A stretch of 32,000 bases of DNA from positions 1,380,001 to 1,412,000 of the forward strand of contig NZ_CP026606.1 of the NCBI RefSeq assembly GCF_002945325.1, written 5' to 3'. Positions 1 through 9,569 of the stretch are shown here, piece after piece (position 1 is the first letter of the stretch; each line of letters opens with the position of its first letter). Source of the DNA: Methanococcus maripaludis. GTDB taxonomy: Archaea; AGJL01; Methanococci; Methanococcales; Methanococcaceae. The translations under genes and the position numbers were made by a program. The notes beneath the pieces are model-generated. The model made no database searches, was not told the DNA's origin, and worked only from the letters and a program-made list of their open reading frames with translations.

Positions 1-96
1 ATCTTTCCAGATTGGTGCGCTGTTTTTGAATGATTCTTCTTTTAACTTCTGAATCAATTCAGGAGTTTTTGGGTTTGTTGACATGATTTTTTTCAT
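1..96 (-). CDS. 50S ribosomal protein eL18 (L18e), N-terminal fragment, runs off the left edge
   Basis: Reverse complement of 96..1 reads MKKIMSTNPKTPELIQKLKEESFKNSAPIWKD, matching the archaeal L18e N-terminus; a GGTGA ribosome-binding site precedes it; it sits next to rpoD as is usual in archaea. Confidence 0.85.
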   Translation of the reverse strand, partial: MKKIMSTNPKTPELIQKLKEESFKNSAPIWKD

Positions 97-152
97 AAAT
101 TCACCCTTATGATATTGATTCATAATTTCCAATAATTTGGAAGAAAGAGTAA

Positions 153-695
153 TTAATTTTCGTCACTTAATTCTTGGCCTTCTAATTCTAATAAGAATTT
201 TTCAGCTTTATTTTTTAAAATTTCAAGTGAAGATCTTATAATGTCTTCAGCATCCATGTTTCCGAATGACTCAATTTTAAATTCCACTTCGTCATTTGAT
301 ATTTGTTTGTAACTTGCATTGCAGGGTTGCCATTTTGCATGAATTTTTCCTGTGCCAACAAGAGCTTCGGTTTCTAACTCAAGTTTTTGGTCTTCTGCTA
401 ATTTTACTATAGGAATATTTTCAAAAGCAGGCTCACCGGATTCTGATTTTAAATCTGATGAATATACTGTACAAGGTCCTTCTTTGGATATTGTAAGTAC
501 TATAACTTCATCACCGCTTACCGGAACTCCTTTTATTGGAATTAATCCAAGTCTGTGAGCTAGAACTTCATCGTACATTGAAGATGTGTTTTCATAAAAG
601 TATACATTTTCAATAGCATATGTAGGAACTTCTGAAATCATTATTCTTCTCAATGCACTGGAAAAAGATAAAGGGGCTTTTAATTCCATTTTCAT
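153..695 (-). CDS. rpoD: DNA-directed RNA polymerase subunit D (Rpo3)
   Basis: Protein MKMELKAPLSFSSALRRIMISEVPTYAIENVYFYENTSSMYDEVLAHRLGLIPI is typical of Rpo3/RpoD. ORF opens at 752, but the ATG at 695 has GGGGAAATC upstream and matches the family start. Confidence 0.95.
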   Translation of the reverse strand: MKMELKAPLSFSSALRRIMISEVPTYAIENVYFYENTSSMYDEVLAHRLGLIPIKGVPVSGDEVIVLTISKEGPCTVYSSDLKSESGEPAFENIPIVKLAEDQKLELETEALVGTGKIHAKWQPCNASYKQISNDEVEFKIESFGNMDAEDIIRSSLEILKNKAEKFLLELEGQELSDEN

Positions 696-752
696 GATTT
701 CCCCTATTCTCTTTTCCTCTTTTTGGATATTTTTTATCAAAAAAATCACCAA

Positions 753-1127
753 TTATCTGTTCTTTCTTTTTGGTGTAGTACCATCGTGTGGAATTGGTGT
801 AGCATCTTCAATTCTTCCGATTCTGATTCCTGCTCTTGATAATGCTCTGATAGCAGCTTGTGCACCAGGTCCTGGGTTTTTGGATTTCTGGCCGCCTGTA
901 GCTCTGACCTTTACGTGTACCTGATCAATTCCTTTATCTCTCATCAAGTCTGCTATTTTGAATGCAGCTTGCATTGCAGCGTATGGAGATGATTCATCTC
1001 TCTGGTTTCTTACAATCATACCGCCTGAAACTTTAGCGATTGTTTCTGCTCCAGTTAAATCAGTAACGTGGAGAATTGTATTGTTGTATGATGCATAAAT
1101 GTGTACTAATCCCCATTTTTGACTCAT
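753..1127 (-). CDS. rpsK: 30S ribosomal protein uS11
   Basis: [55 protein letters not shown]... C-terminus [15 protein letters not shown]; AAGGTGA RBS. Confidence 0.97.
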   Translation of the reverse strand: MSQKWGLVHIYASYNNTILHVTDLTGAETIAKVSGGMIVRNQRDESSPYAAMQAAFKIADLMRDKGIDQVHVKVRATGGQKSKNPGPGAQAAIRALSRAGIRIGRIEDATPIPHDGTTPKRKNR

Positions 1128-1136
1128 GTAATCACC

Positions 1137-1673
1137 TTATTGATTTTCTTCGCTTGTTGCGGCAGTTCTTTCTGGGTGGTTTTCTGAAGCCATTGGTGAG
1201 TTGGACACGTATTCTATCGCATCATTTTCAGCTACTGAAATCAAGTATGCTGGAGCTGTAACTCTTTTGCCGTTTACTGCAATGTGGCCGTGAACAATGA
1301 ACTGTCTAGCTTGTTTTGGTGTTTTAGCGAGACCTTTTCTGAATACAATGGTCTGCAATCTTCTTTCTAAGATACTTTCAATGTTTAATGAAAGAACGTG
1401 ATCGAGTGTTGGTTCTTCTTCAATTAAAATTGCGTATCTTTTTAAGACATTGAATAATTGAACAGCTTCTTTTCCACCTTGTGTGGTAGTGTCGCTGATT
1501 AATTTTCTTGCTTGTCTTCTGTAGTTCCTTAATTGGGTTTCCATTTTCCAGAGTTCTTTTTTGTTAACTAACCCATATTTTTGGCTAATTTCTTTTTCTT
1601 TCTGGATCCTTTCCCCAATCCATGGATGGTTAGGTGTGTCGTATTTTTTACCCAATCTTCTTGGATCTCCCAT
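1137..1673 (-). CDS. rpsD: 30S ribosomal protein uS4
   Basis: MGDPRRLGKKYDTPNHPWIGERIQKEK with the S4 RNA-binding segment ARQFIVHGHIAVNGKRVTAPAYL. Confidence 0.97.
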   Translation of the reverse strand: MGDPRRLGKKYDTPNHPWIGERIQKEKEISQKYGLVNKKELWKMETQLRNYRRQARKLISDTTTQGGKEAVQLFNVLKRYAILIEEEPTLDHVLSLNIESILERRLQTIVFRKGLAKTPKQARQFIVHGHIAVNGKRVTAPAYLISVAENDAIEYVSNSPMASENHPERTAATSEENQ

Positions 1674-1696
1674 TTTTTCACCTTTTTATCATTTTA

Positions 1697-2146
1697 TTAT
1701 TTTTTCCTCTTAACTCCCATTGAAGTTCCTTTTCTGAATGAACCTCTGGTTCTCTGTCCCCTACATGGTAATCTTAATTCGTGTCTGATACCTCTATAGC
1801 ATCTGATCTTTTTCATGTTGGTGATATCTTCTTGTACTGTGAGTACGAGGTCTGTTTCGATTAGGTGTTTATCGAGTCCTGAGTAAACATCTTTTTTCCT
1901 GTTAAACATCCATGAAGGAATTCCATGTGTTGCAGGGTCTTCTAATACTGATTCTATTTTTAAAACGTCTTCGTCAGCTAAGTAACCAGCTTGTTGTTTA
2001 GGGTCTAATTCAGTAACTCTAATTACTGCTCTAGCCATCGCTCTACCGATACCTTTCATGTCCTGTAGTGCGTATTCAAGTGGATTTTTACCTTCAAGGT
2101 CTGTTTTTGATATTCTAATTCTGTGTTTGAATTCTGTCTGAGTCAC
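1697..2146 (-). CDS. rpsM: 30S ribosomal protein uS13
   Basis: KHRIRISKTDLEGKNPLEYALQDMKGIGRAMARAVI ... YRGIRHELRLPCRGQRTRGSFRKG; GTG start with GGAGGTG RBS. Confidence 0.97.
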   Translation of the reverse strand: MTQTEFKHRIRISKTDLEGKNPLEYALQDMKGIGRAMARAVIRVTELDPKQQAGYLADEDVLKIESVLEDPATHGIPSWMFNRKKDVYSGLDKHLIETDLVLTVQEDITNMKKIRCYRGIRHELRLPCRGQRTRGSFRKGTSMGVKRKK

Positions 2147-2204
2147 TCTTGCACCTCCAGAGATCTTCGTGTTTGACTGATAATTATAGTAATAAAAAAA
2201 TAAA

Positions 2205-2292
2205 TGGCGCAGAGAGGGGGATTTGAACCCCCGGGAGGCAAAGCCTCATACGGTTTCCAGCCGTACGCCTTCCCAGGCTAGACTATCTCTGC
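2205..2292 (-). tRNA. tRNA-Ser (anticodon GGA), CCA encoded
   Basis: Acceptor stem GCAGAGA/TCTCTGC, anticodon arm TACGG-CTGGAAA-CCGTA, long variable arm GAGGC-TTT-GCCTC, T arm GGGGG-TTCAAAT-CCCCC, 3' G-CCA encoded. Confidence 0.96.
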
Positions 2293-2689
2293 ACACAGTA
2301 CTCGTGCCAATAGACATAAATTTGGGCTATTACACTTTTTTATTTTATTATCTTATTAACCGTGTTTTATTTTATGGTCTCGTGTTTTCTATCACACTAT
2401 ACCTTATGAAATTTCATTTATATAGATTTCGATTTAATCTATGATCTGCCAATTTGGCGTCGTGTTTCTACCTTAATGACTCTCTACTTAACAACACATT
2501 TATTGTATATATTCCTTTGCATGGCTTAACCATATATTTTTAAGCTGTAACATTTATAATGTAATGATGCAGTTAAGAATAATGAATAATTAATACCCTG
2601 GAATGAAAAAAGAAAAAAAGAAAAATAAATCAATAGGTTTATATAGTTGAACCATAATTCTTATTCATGCGTCTAATCGTAGGAAATGT

Positions 2690-2763
2690 GCCAAGGTAGT
2701 CTAGTCCGGCGAGGCAGCGGACTGCAGATCCGCTTCAGAGGGGTTCAAATCCCTTCCTTGGCT
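2690..2763 (+). tRNA. tRNA-Cys (anticodon GCA), CCA not encoded
   Basis: GCCAAGG/CCTTGGC acceptor, anticodon arm GCGGA-CTGCAGA-TCCGC, T arm containing GGTTCAAATCC, discriminator U, followed by a T run. Confidence 0.96.
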
Positions 2764-2773
2764 TTTTTTATTT
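2761..2773 (+). terminator. Possible oligo-T terminator after tRNA-Cys
   Basis: ggcttttttta immediately after the tRNA 3' end; archaeal terminators are T-rich. Confidence 0.4.
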
Positions 2774-2965
2774 TGGGAATATTAATTTGTAAATTTTGAT
2801 TAACGGATATAAATCTATTTTCAAAAATTTTTTTAACTTTTTCAACACATAATTATATAAAATGTTTTAGCCATAACCTAAAAAATTATGAATCTCGATT
2901 TAATTCAATATTTTTGTTTTTTTAATTGTTTAATTTAAATAATGGAAATCTCCGGAGGAAACACA

Positions 2966-4567
2966 ATGCACTGGGCTGATGCAACATCGGAAAAAATCAT
3001 GAAAAAAAGAAATGCAGAGGAATACGTGGTATCAAGTGGAATTACTCCATCTGGTCACATTCACATTGGGAATGCAAGGGAAACATTAACTGCAGATGCA
3101 GTTTACAAGGGCATGCTAAAAAAAGGTGCAGAAGCTAAATTAATTTTTATTGCGGACGATTATGATCCTTTAAGAAAATTATATCCATTTTTACCAAAAG
3201 AATTTGAAAAATACATAGGAATGCCGTTAAGTGAAATTCCATGCCCACAAGGTTGCTGTAAAAGCTATGCAGATCATTTTTTAATGCCGTTTTTAAACAG
3301 TCTTGAAGATTTAGGCGTTGAAATTACTACCCATAGGGCAAATGAATGCTATAAAGCTGGAATGTACAACGAAGCAATTATAACTGCACTTGAAAACCGG
3401 TTAAAAATCAAAGAACTTCTCGATTCTTACCGAAAAGAACCACTTGCTGATGATTGGTATCCTTTAAACGTTGTATGTGAAAAATGCGGTAAAATGCACG
3501 AAACAAAAGTTACCAGTTACAATTCTGAAGACAAAACAATAACTTACGTTTGTAAATGCGGATTTGAAAACACGGTTCAACCATTTAACGGCATTGGAAA
3601 GCTTCCGTGGAGAGTTGACTGGCCTGCAAGATGGAATATATTTGGAGTTACTGCTGAACCGATGGGAAAAGACCACGCAGCGTCAGGCGGTTCATACGAT
3701 ACAGGAATTAAGATTGCAAGACAGATTTTCAACTACCAAGCACCAGAAAAAATGGTTTACGAGTGGATTCAGTTAAAAATCGGGGATAAGGCAATGCCAA
3801 TGTCTTCTTCATCAGGAGTTGTATTTGCAGTAAAAGACTGGACTGAAATCTGCCACCCTGAAGTTTTAAGATTTTTAATTTTAAAAGGAAAACCAACAAA
3901 ACACATAGATTTTGATTTAAAAGCAATTTCAAATTTAGTTGACGATTACGACGAACTTGAAAGAAAATACTTTGAATTAATCGAAAAACAAAAAACTGAA
4001 GAATTAAACGACAACGAAAATGAAAAAATAAGTTTATATGAACTTGTTACACCAAAAATACCTGAAAGATTACCATTACAAGTTGCATACAGGTTCTGTT
4101 CAATTATTGCTCAGATTGCACTCGATAAAGAAACCCAAAAAATTGATATGGAAAGAGTTTTCGACATTTTGGGAAGAAATGGATACAATCCAGCAGAATT
4201 TTCAGAATACGACAAATCAAGGCTTGAAAAAAGGCTTTATATGTCTAAAAAATGGGCATCCGACTACGGTGAAAATTTAGAAATAAATGATTTTGAGCAA
4301 GCAAAAGAGCAGTACGAAACACTCTCAGAAGAGCAAAAAGCATGGTTAAAAGCATTTTCCAAAGAAGTAGAAAATATCGAAATTGATGCGAACACGATTC
4401 ACGAATTGATGTATGAAACTGCAACAAAATTAAATCTTGCACCAAAAGAAGCGTTTGTTGCATCATACAAAATACTTCTCGGTAAAAACTACGGGCCAAA
4501 GTTAGGAAGCTTTTTAGCATCCCTTAAAAAAGAGTTCGTAATTGGAAGATTTAATTTAACAGAATAA
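2966..4567 (+). CDS. lysS: Lysyl-tRNA synthetase, class I
   Basis: Class I signature region [31 protein letters not shown]-like [31 protein letters not shown] and AMPMSSSSG; CCGGAGG RBS before ATG 2966 (track ORF starts at 2942). Confidence 0.95.
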   Translation: MHWADATSEKIMKKRNAEEYVVSSGITPSGHIHIGNARETLTADAVYKGMLKKGAEAKLIFIADDYDPLRKLYPFLPKEFEKYIGMPLSEIPCPQGCCKSYADHFLMPFLNSLEDLGVEITTHRANECYKAGMYNEAIITALENRLKIKELLDSYRKEPLADDWYPLNVVCEKCGKMHETKVTSYNSEDKTITYVCKCGFENTVQPFNGIGKLPWRVDWPARWNIFGVTAEPMGKDHAASGGSYDTGIKIARQIFNYQAPEKMVYEWIQLKIGDKAMPMSSSSGVVFAVKDWTEICHPEVLRFLILKGKPTKHIDFDLKAISNLVDDYDELERKYFELIEKQKTEELNDNENEKISLYELVTPKIPERLPLQVAYRFCSIIAQIALDKETQKIDMERVFDILGRNGYNPAEFSEYDKSRLEKRLYMSKKWASDYGENLEINDFEQAKEQYETLSEEQKAWLKAFSKEVENIEIDANTIHELMYETATKLNLAPKEAFVASYKILLGKNYGPKLGSFLASLKKEFVIGRFNLTE

Positions 4568-4712
4568 TATTCATAAAAACCCTTTTTTTTATTTTTTAAG
4601 TACTTACAGCGATTTTATCAATCTAAAAAACAGATTTATATTATTCAAATTTTATAAAGTTATAAAAATAGTAAGATAATATATAAGTCCTAACGAGTTT
4701 GAAGAGGATACT

Positions 4713-5489
4713 ATGATTGAAACTATATCATACCAAGAATTAAAGGGAAATGACAAACAGATAGTCGATGAAAAGTTTGAGAATTTAATTGCAGAATTAA
4801 AAGAAACTTACAGCGCAGAAATTTTATCAAACGAGTCAGACGACGAAGGGGAACTTTATACTAAAATTGCGGAACTCAAAATAAAATTTGAAACAATTTT
4901 GGATTACATTAAATACTGTTTAAGATATGGTGCAGATTTGGATGTAGTATCTCCTACAAAATTGAAAATTTCTGGAAATGAAATGGGAAACACTATTCTT
5001 TACATTATCGACTTTTTTAAAAAATTTGCTAAAAAATACGGTGTCGCGTTCAACGTCTATGTAAAAAATGAAATTGATGCAGACATAAACGCTCTAAAAG
5101 AAGGCATCTATGACGAAGATGATATCTATTTGATGGAAAGTGAAGAAGGCCTTTTAAAAATAAAAACGGTATTTGAAGGCGATGGCAAATCCGAAGAAAT
5201 AATCATTAAAAAAATACTTTCATCATTAAATCCCGACATTGTTGTAAACAAAGTAATTACAAAGTCAATGGATGAATCAAAAGGAATTTTTTCAGGACTT
5301 GTTGCAATAGAAATGTTTTGTAAACCTTTTGACATTGTAGAAGTTGCGTACAAATTTTTGCCTGTTGCAATTTCCTTTGAGAATGCAGACATTGAGCTAG
5401 ATATTTCAGAATTACAGGATATTGGAAATGACCTTGGTGGAGCAGTATTTGAGCTTACACATGCTGCCGCAAATATGAATAAAAAATAA
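4713..5489 (+). CDS. Conserved hypothetical protein, acidic, function unknown
   Basis: 258-aa intact ORF with RBS gaggat; MIETISYQELKGNDKQIVDEKFENLIAELKETY...; no family recognised. Confidence 0.8.
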   Translation: MIETISYQELKGNDKQIVDEKFENLIAELKETYSAEILSNESDDEGELYTKIAELKIKFETILDYIKYCLRYGADLDVVSPTKLKISGNEMGNTILYIIDFFKKFAKKYGVAFNVYVKNEIDADINALKEGIYDEDDIYLMESEEGLLKIKTVFEGDGKSEEIIIKKILSSLNPDIVVNKVITKSMDESKGIFSGLVAIEMFCKPFDIVEVAYKFLPVAISFENADIELDISELQDIGNDLGGAVFELTHAAANMNKK

Positions 5490-5588
5490 CGATAAACATT
5501 AAGAATGACTTAAACAAATTATATTTGGATTTTAATTTTTTTATTTATTCGACTTATTAAACATGGTTTAGACATTAGGTGAGACAGA

Positions 5589-6386
5589 ATGCATCCTTCG
5601 CTAAAATACATGAGAAAGGACCGGTTACCACACATATTTTGTTCCGGTTGTGGTAATGGTATTGTTTTAAACTGCTTTACAAATGCTCTTGATAAATTAG
5701 CCCTTAAAAACGAAGATTACATCGCAATTTCAGGTATTGGATGTTCTTCAAGAGTTTCAGGCTATCTCTTTTGTGATTCTCTTCATACAACTCACGGAAG
5801 ACCAATAGCTTTTGCGCTTGGAACCAAAGTAATTCAAAACGATAAAAAAGTTGTCGTATTTACTGGAGATGGTGACCTCTCAGCAATTGGTGGAAATCAC
5901 TTTATTCACGGATGCAGGAGAAACATTGACATAACTGTAATCTGTATAAACAATAATATTTACGGAATGACTGGAGGACAATGTTCACCAACAACTCCGC
6001 ACGAGAAAAAAGCAACAACAGCACCTTACGGAAACCCTGAAAACCCGCTTGATTTATGCGAACTTGCAAAAGCAGCAGGGGCAACTTATGTTGCAAGATG
6101 GACAACTGCAAACCCGATTCAACTTGCAAATTCAATTAAAAAAGGAATGGAAAAGAAAGGATTTTCATTTATTGAAGTAGTTTCACAGTGTCCGACATAC
6201 TACGGAAGATTCAATGTTTCGAGAAAACCTTCTGAAATGATGAAAAATTTAAAAGAGAGTGCTGTAACTCTTAGAAAATCAGAAAACATGGAAACGGAAG
6301 AACTTTTGAACAAAATAGTTGTTGGGGAGTTTTTAAATATTGAAAAACCAGAATATGTCGAACAGCTTAAAAAATTACAGGAATAA
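5589..6386 (+). CDS. korB: 2-oxoacid (probably 2-oxoglutarate):ferredoxin oxidoreductase, beta subunit
   Basis: TPP-binding beta subunit signatures: HIFCSGCGNGIVLNCF, GIGCSSR, HTTHGRPIAFALGTK, GDGDLSAIGGNHFIHGCRRNIDITVICINNNIYGMTGGQCSPTTP. Confidence 0.88.
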   Translation: MHPSLKYMRKDRLPHIFCSGCGNGIVLNCFTNALDKLALKNEDYIAISGIGCSSRVSGYLFCDSLHTTHGRPIAFALGTKVIQNDKKVVVFTGDGDLSAIGGNHFIHGCRRNIDITVICINNNIYGMTGGQCSPTTPHEKKATTAPYGNPENPLDLCELAKAAGATYVARWTTANPIQLANSIKKGMEKKGFSFIEVVSQCPTYYGRFNVSRKPSEMMKNLKESAVTLRKSENMETEELLNKIVVGEFLNIEKPEYVEQLKKLQE

Positions 6387-6395
6387 TGTGATATC

Positions 6396-6929
6396 ATGAG
6401 AAAAGAGATAAGATTTTCAGGTTTTGGCGGTCAGGGAATAATTTTAGCAGGTGTTATCTTAGGGCGTGCTGCATCCCTTTATGCTGGAAAAGAAGCAGTT
6501 CAAACACAGAGCTACGGTCCTGAGGCAAGAGGGGGGGCCAGTAAATCTGAAGTTGTAATTTCTGAAACTGAAATAGATTTTCCAAAAGTAATTCAGCCAG
6601 ATATCCTCGTTTCAATGTCGCAACCTGCTTTTGATAAATATGGCTATGATTTAAAAGAAAATGCGAGAGTAATTGTTGATAGGGATTTAGTAACTCTTCC
6701 TGAATCTTACGAAGAAAAATACGAAGTATACAAAGTTCCATTTACTGAAATTGCAAACAAGGAAGTTGGACTTGGAATTGTTGCAAATATTGTAATGCTT
6801 GGTGCACTAACGAAATTGGCAGGACTGGTTTCAAAAGAAGAAGTTGAAAAAGCACTTCTTGACAGTATCCCAAAAGGAACCGAAAAAAAGAATTTAATGG
6901 CTTTTGAAAAAGGTTACGTTTACCTTTAA
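6396..6929 (+). CDS. korG: 2-oxoacid (probably 2-oxoglutarate):ferredoxin oxidoreductase, gamma subunit
   Basis: Gamma-domain motif IRFSGFGGQGIILAGVILGRAA, QTQSYGPEARGGASKSEVVIS; 9 nt downstream of the beta subunit. Confidence 0.85.
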   Translation: MRKEIRFSGFGGQGIILAGVILGRAASLYAGKEAVQTQSYGPEARGGASKSEVVISETEIDFPKVIQPDILVSMSQPAFDKYGYDLKENARVIVDRDLVTLPESYEEKYEVYKVPFTEIANKEVGLGIVANIVMLGALTKLAGLVSKEEVEKALLDSIPKGTEKKNLMAFEKGYVYL

Positions 6930-7246
6930 ATTAAAATATTTTATTTAACTTTAAACTTTCATATTACAATGTTTAATTGTTTAAATTTCTAAAATACTAA
7001 TTTTTATGGTTTAAATTTAATATTATTTAGTAAAAATTGAAAATTGTTAATATTTAAGCATGATTATTCGTTAAATGTCAATTATATATTTTTAGAACCT
7101 TTAAAAACAGTTAAAAACCCGAAAAAGCTTTTTTAGCGCAATTATTTTTTAATTAATTATATATAATTAAATCAACATTGTTTTTTAAAGAACTTGATAA
7201 TTTTTTTATGATTTGGATATTTATCAATCTAATTTAAGAGGATACT

Positions 7247-9532
7247 ATGATAGAAAACTGTAAAATATGTGGCGGAACCGGAAAAAAGGTAGTAAAATAC
7301 GCGGAATGTCCGGAATGCGAAGGAACAGGATATTTAGAAGAGTTTGAAACAAAAAGTCATTTTAAAAATGCTTCCAAAAATTCAAAATACGATTTTGATG
7401 ACGAGGAAATTCCATGCCCGACATGCAATGGATCTGGAAAAATTCCCGAATATGAAGATTGCGATTACTGCAACGGAACCGGAAAAGTTGTAAAATGCGA
7501 CTCTTGTGGTTGTGAAATTGGAAAATACCCTGAAGACAAGGATTTAAAGATTTGTGAAAACTGTAAACAAAAAGAAGACGTAAAGAACGATAATAAAAAA
7601 GTAGTTTATGTTTTAGACAACATGTTTACCATGAACGACCTTGAAGAAGGCAAATTTTACAAAGGAAAAATTAACAGAACTGAAAAATACGGGGTATTTG
7701 TCCAGTTGAATGAAAAAACAAGAGGTCTTTTAAGATTTAGGGAAGTTGTTGGAAAAAGACCAAGCGATTTTAAAATCGGAGACGAAATTATTGTTCAAGT
7801 TTCTGAATTAAAACTCGAAAAAAGAGAACTTGATTTAAGATATGTTCCAATTGCAGGATACAAGCTCGAAAAACTCGAAAAAGAACACGAATTAATCGAT
7901 ATCAAGGAAATATTCGATACCGGATTAATGAATATGAAAGATAAAGTTATTAGGGTTCAAGGAGAAGTTCTCCAGGCAGCTCAAACTCCAGGTCCAACTG
8001 TATTTACTATTACAGATGGTTCAGAAGTTGCATGGGTTGCTGCATTTGAATCTGCAGGAGTTAGGACGCACCCTGATGTAATAATGGGTTCGATTATTGA
8101 TGTAGTTGGTTCAGTATCTGTAAGAGATGGAAAACTTCAGATAGAAAGGATGAAGCTTGTAAAACTCGAAGGCGATGAAGAACAAAAAGTAAAAGACAAA
8201 ATAGATGTTGAACTTGACAAAAAAGCAGAACCTGAAAGCGACATTGAATTTTTAGTTGAAAGCGACATATTGGAAAAATTAAGGCCAAAAATGGCAGATG
8301 TTGCAAAAAGGATTCGAAGAGCAGTTTTGGATGGAAGACCTGTAATTATCAGGCATCACGCAGATACTGATGGTTACTGCGGTGGAATTGCACTTGAAAA
8401 AGCAATAGTTCCTATTTTGGAGAAATTTTCAATGGATTCTGGTGCACAGTGGCACTACTTTAGAAGAAGCCCTTCAAAAGCTCCATTTTATGAGTTAGAA
8501 GATGTAACAAAAGATCTGTTATTTTCAATTGAAGATTACTTAAGATTTGGACAGAAAATGCCGTTAATCGTTCTTGTAGATAACGGAAGTACGGATGAAG
8601 ATATTCCTGCAGTGTCCCAGGTCAAAGCATACGATATTGAAGTTGTTGTAGTTGACCACCACTTCCCTGGCGAAGTAATTGATGGAAAAGTAGAAATTGA
8701 TGAATTTGTTGAAGCACACGTAAATCCCTACCTTGTTGGAGGGGACAGCAATCTTACAGCAGGTGCTTTAGCAACAGAAGTTGCAAGAATGATAAATTCA
8801 GACGTGACTGACCTTGTTGAACATTTACCTGGTATTGCAGTTGTTGGGGACCACGCAAAAGGCGATGCTGTAGAAGCATACATAAAAATAGCTCTTGAAA
8901 GACTTACAAAATGCAGTGCAGAATTTGGATCTGGAAAAATATATTCAAGAGAAGACGTTGAAAAAATTGGACAGTGCATGGATTTTGAAGCATTTTACTT
9001 GAAATTCATGAATGGAATGGGTATCGTAGAAGATATTTACGGAATGAACAAAAAAGACTTTGCAAGACATGAAAAACTCATAAAAATACTTTATGAAAGA
9101 GCAATGGCAATGGTTGACAGGCAAATGAAAGCTGTACGTCCTGCAATAAAAACAAAAACCTTACCAAATGGAATTATTTTCAACACATTAGATGTTGAAA
9201 AATATGCACACAAGTTTACATTCCCGGCTCCCGGAAAAACATGTGGATTTGCACACGATTCAATTGTTGAACAGTATGAACCAGGCACTCCAGTAATTAC
9301 CCTTTCATACGGGCCTGATTTTGGAGTAGTTCGTGCAACAGATGCAGTAAGTGAAAAATTCAACTTTAACTTAAATCATATAGTAACTCAGTTTATCGAT
9401 GAAATTCCTGAAGCATCCCTCGATGGTGGAGGACATGAATGTGCGGGAAGTTTGAAGTTTGTTGAAGGATTAAGAGAAAAAGTAATAAATAGATTTGCAG
9501 AAGTAGTTTTAGAAATGAAAGAAAAAGATTAA
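7247..9532 (+). CDS. DHH-family RecJ-like phosphoesterase with DnaJ-type Zn finger, S1 and OB-fold regions (COG1107-like)
   Basis: CxxCxGxG repeats (CKICGGTGKK, CPECEGTGYL, CPTCNGSGKI, CDYCNGTGKV); S1-like EGKFYKGKINRTEKYGVFVQLNEKTRGLL; OB-like VIRVQGEVLQAAQTPGPTVFTITDGS; DHH motifs HHADTDGYCGG, VDNGSTDED, VVVDHHFPG; C-terminal GGGHECAG. Confidence 0.9.
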   Translation: MIENCKICGGTGKKVVKYAECPECEGTGYLEEFETKSHFKNASKNSKYDFDDEEIPCPTCNGSGKIPEYEDCDYCNGTGKVVKCDSCGCEIGKYPEDKDLKICENCKQKEDVKNDNKKVVYVLDNMFTMNDLEEGKFYKGKINRTEKYGVFVQLNEKTRGLLRFREVVGKRPSDFKIGDEIIVQVSELKLEKRELDLRYVPIAGYKLEKLEKEHELIDIKEIFDTGLMNMKDKVIRVQGEVLQAAQTPGPTVFTITDGSEVAWVAAFESAGVRTHPDVIMGSIIDVVGSVSVRDGKLQIERMKLVKLEGDEEQKVKDKIDVELDKKAEPESDIEFLVESDILEKLRPKMADVAKRIRRAVLDGRPVIIRHHADTDGYCGGIALEKAIVPILEKFSMDSGAQWHYFRRSPSKAPFYELEDVTKDLLFSIEDYLRFGQKMPLIVLVDNGSTDEDIPAVSQVKAYDIEVVVVDHHFPGEVIDGKVEIDEFVEAHVNPYLVGGDSNLTAGALATEVARMINSDVTDLVEHLPGIAVVGDHAKGDAVEAYIKIALERLTKCSAEFGSGKIYSREDVEKIGQCMDFEAFYLKFMNGMGIVEDIYGMNKKDFARHEKLIKILYERAMAMVDRQMKAVRPAIKTKTLPNGIIFNTLDVEKYAHKFTFPAPGKTCGFAHDSIVEQYEPGTPVITLSYGPDFGVVRATDAVSEKFNFNLNHIVTQFIDEIPEASLDGGGHECAGSLKFVEGLREKVINRFAEVVLEMKEKD

Positions 9533-9569
9533 TTAAATTAACTTTTTTTGGCGTAAATTTGGTGTTAAC

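Noticed and set aside
2223-2444. Track ORF of 73 aa
   Set aside because: Overlaps tRNA-Ser on the opposite strand and has no plausible RBS or family
6526-6537. Run of seven G as a possible frameshift site in the gamma subunit
   Set aside because: The reading frame EARGGASKSE continues intact through it and matches the family
6930-7246. AT-rich 317-nt intergenic region with palindrome aaaaagctttttt as possible ncRNA
   Set aside because: Such palindromes are expected by chance in AT-rich methanococcal intergenic DNA; it more likely carries a promoter (ttaattatatataatt)
8094-9363. Antisense and shifted ORFs inside the DHH gene
   Set aside because: Low-complexity, Leu/Ser-rich translations opposite or within a well-supported gene
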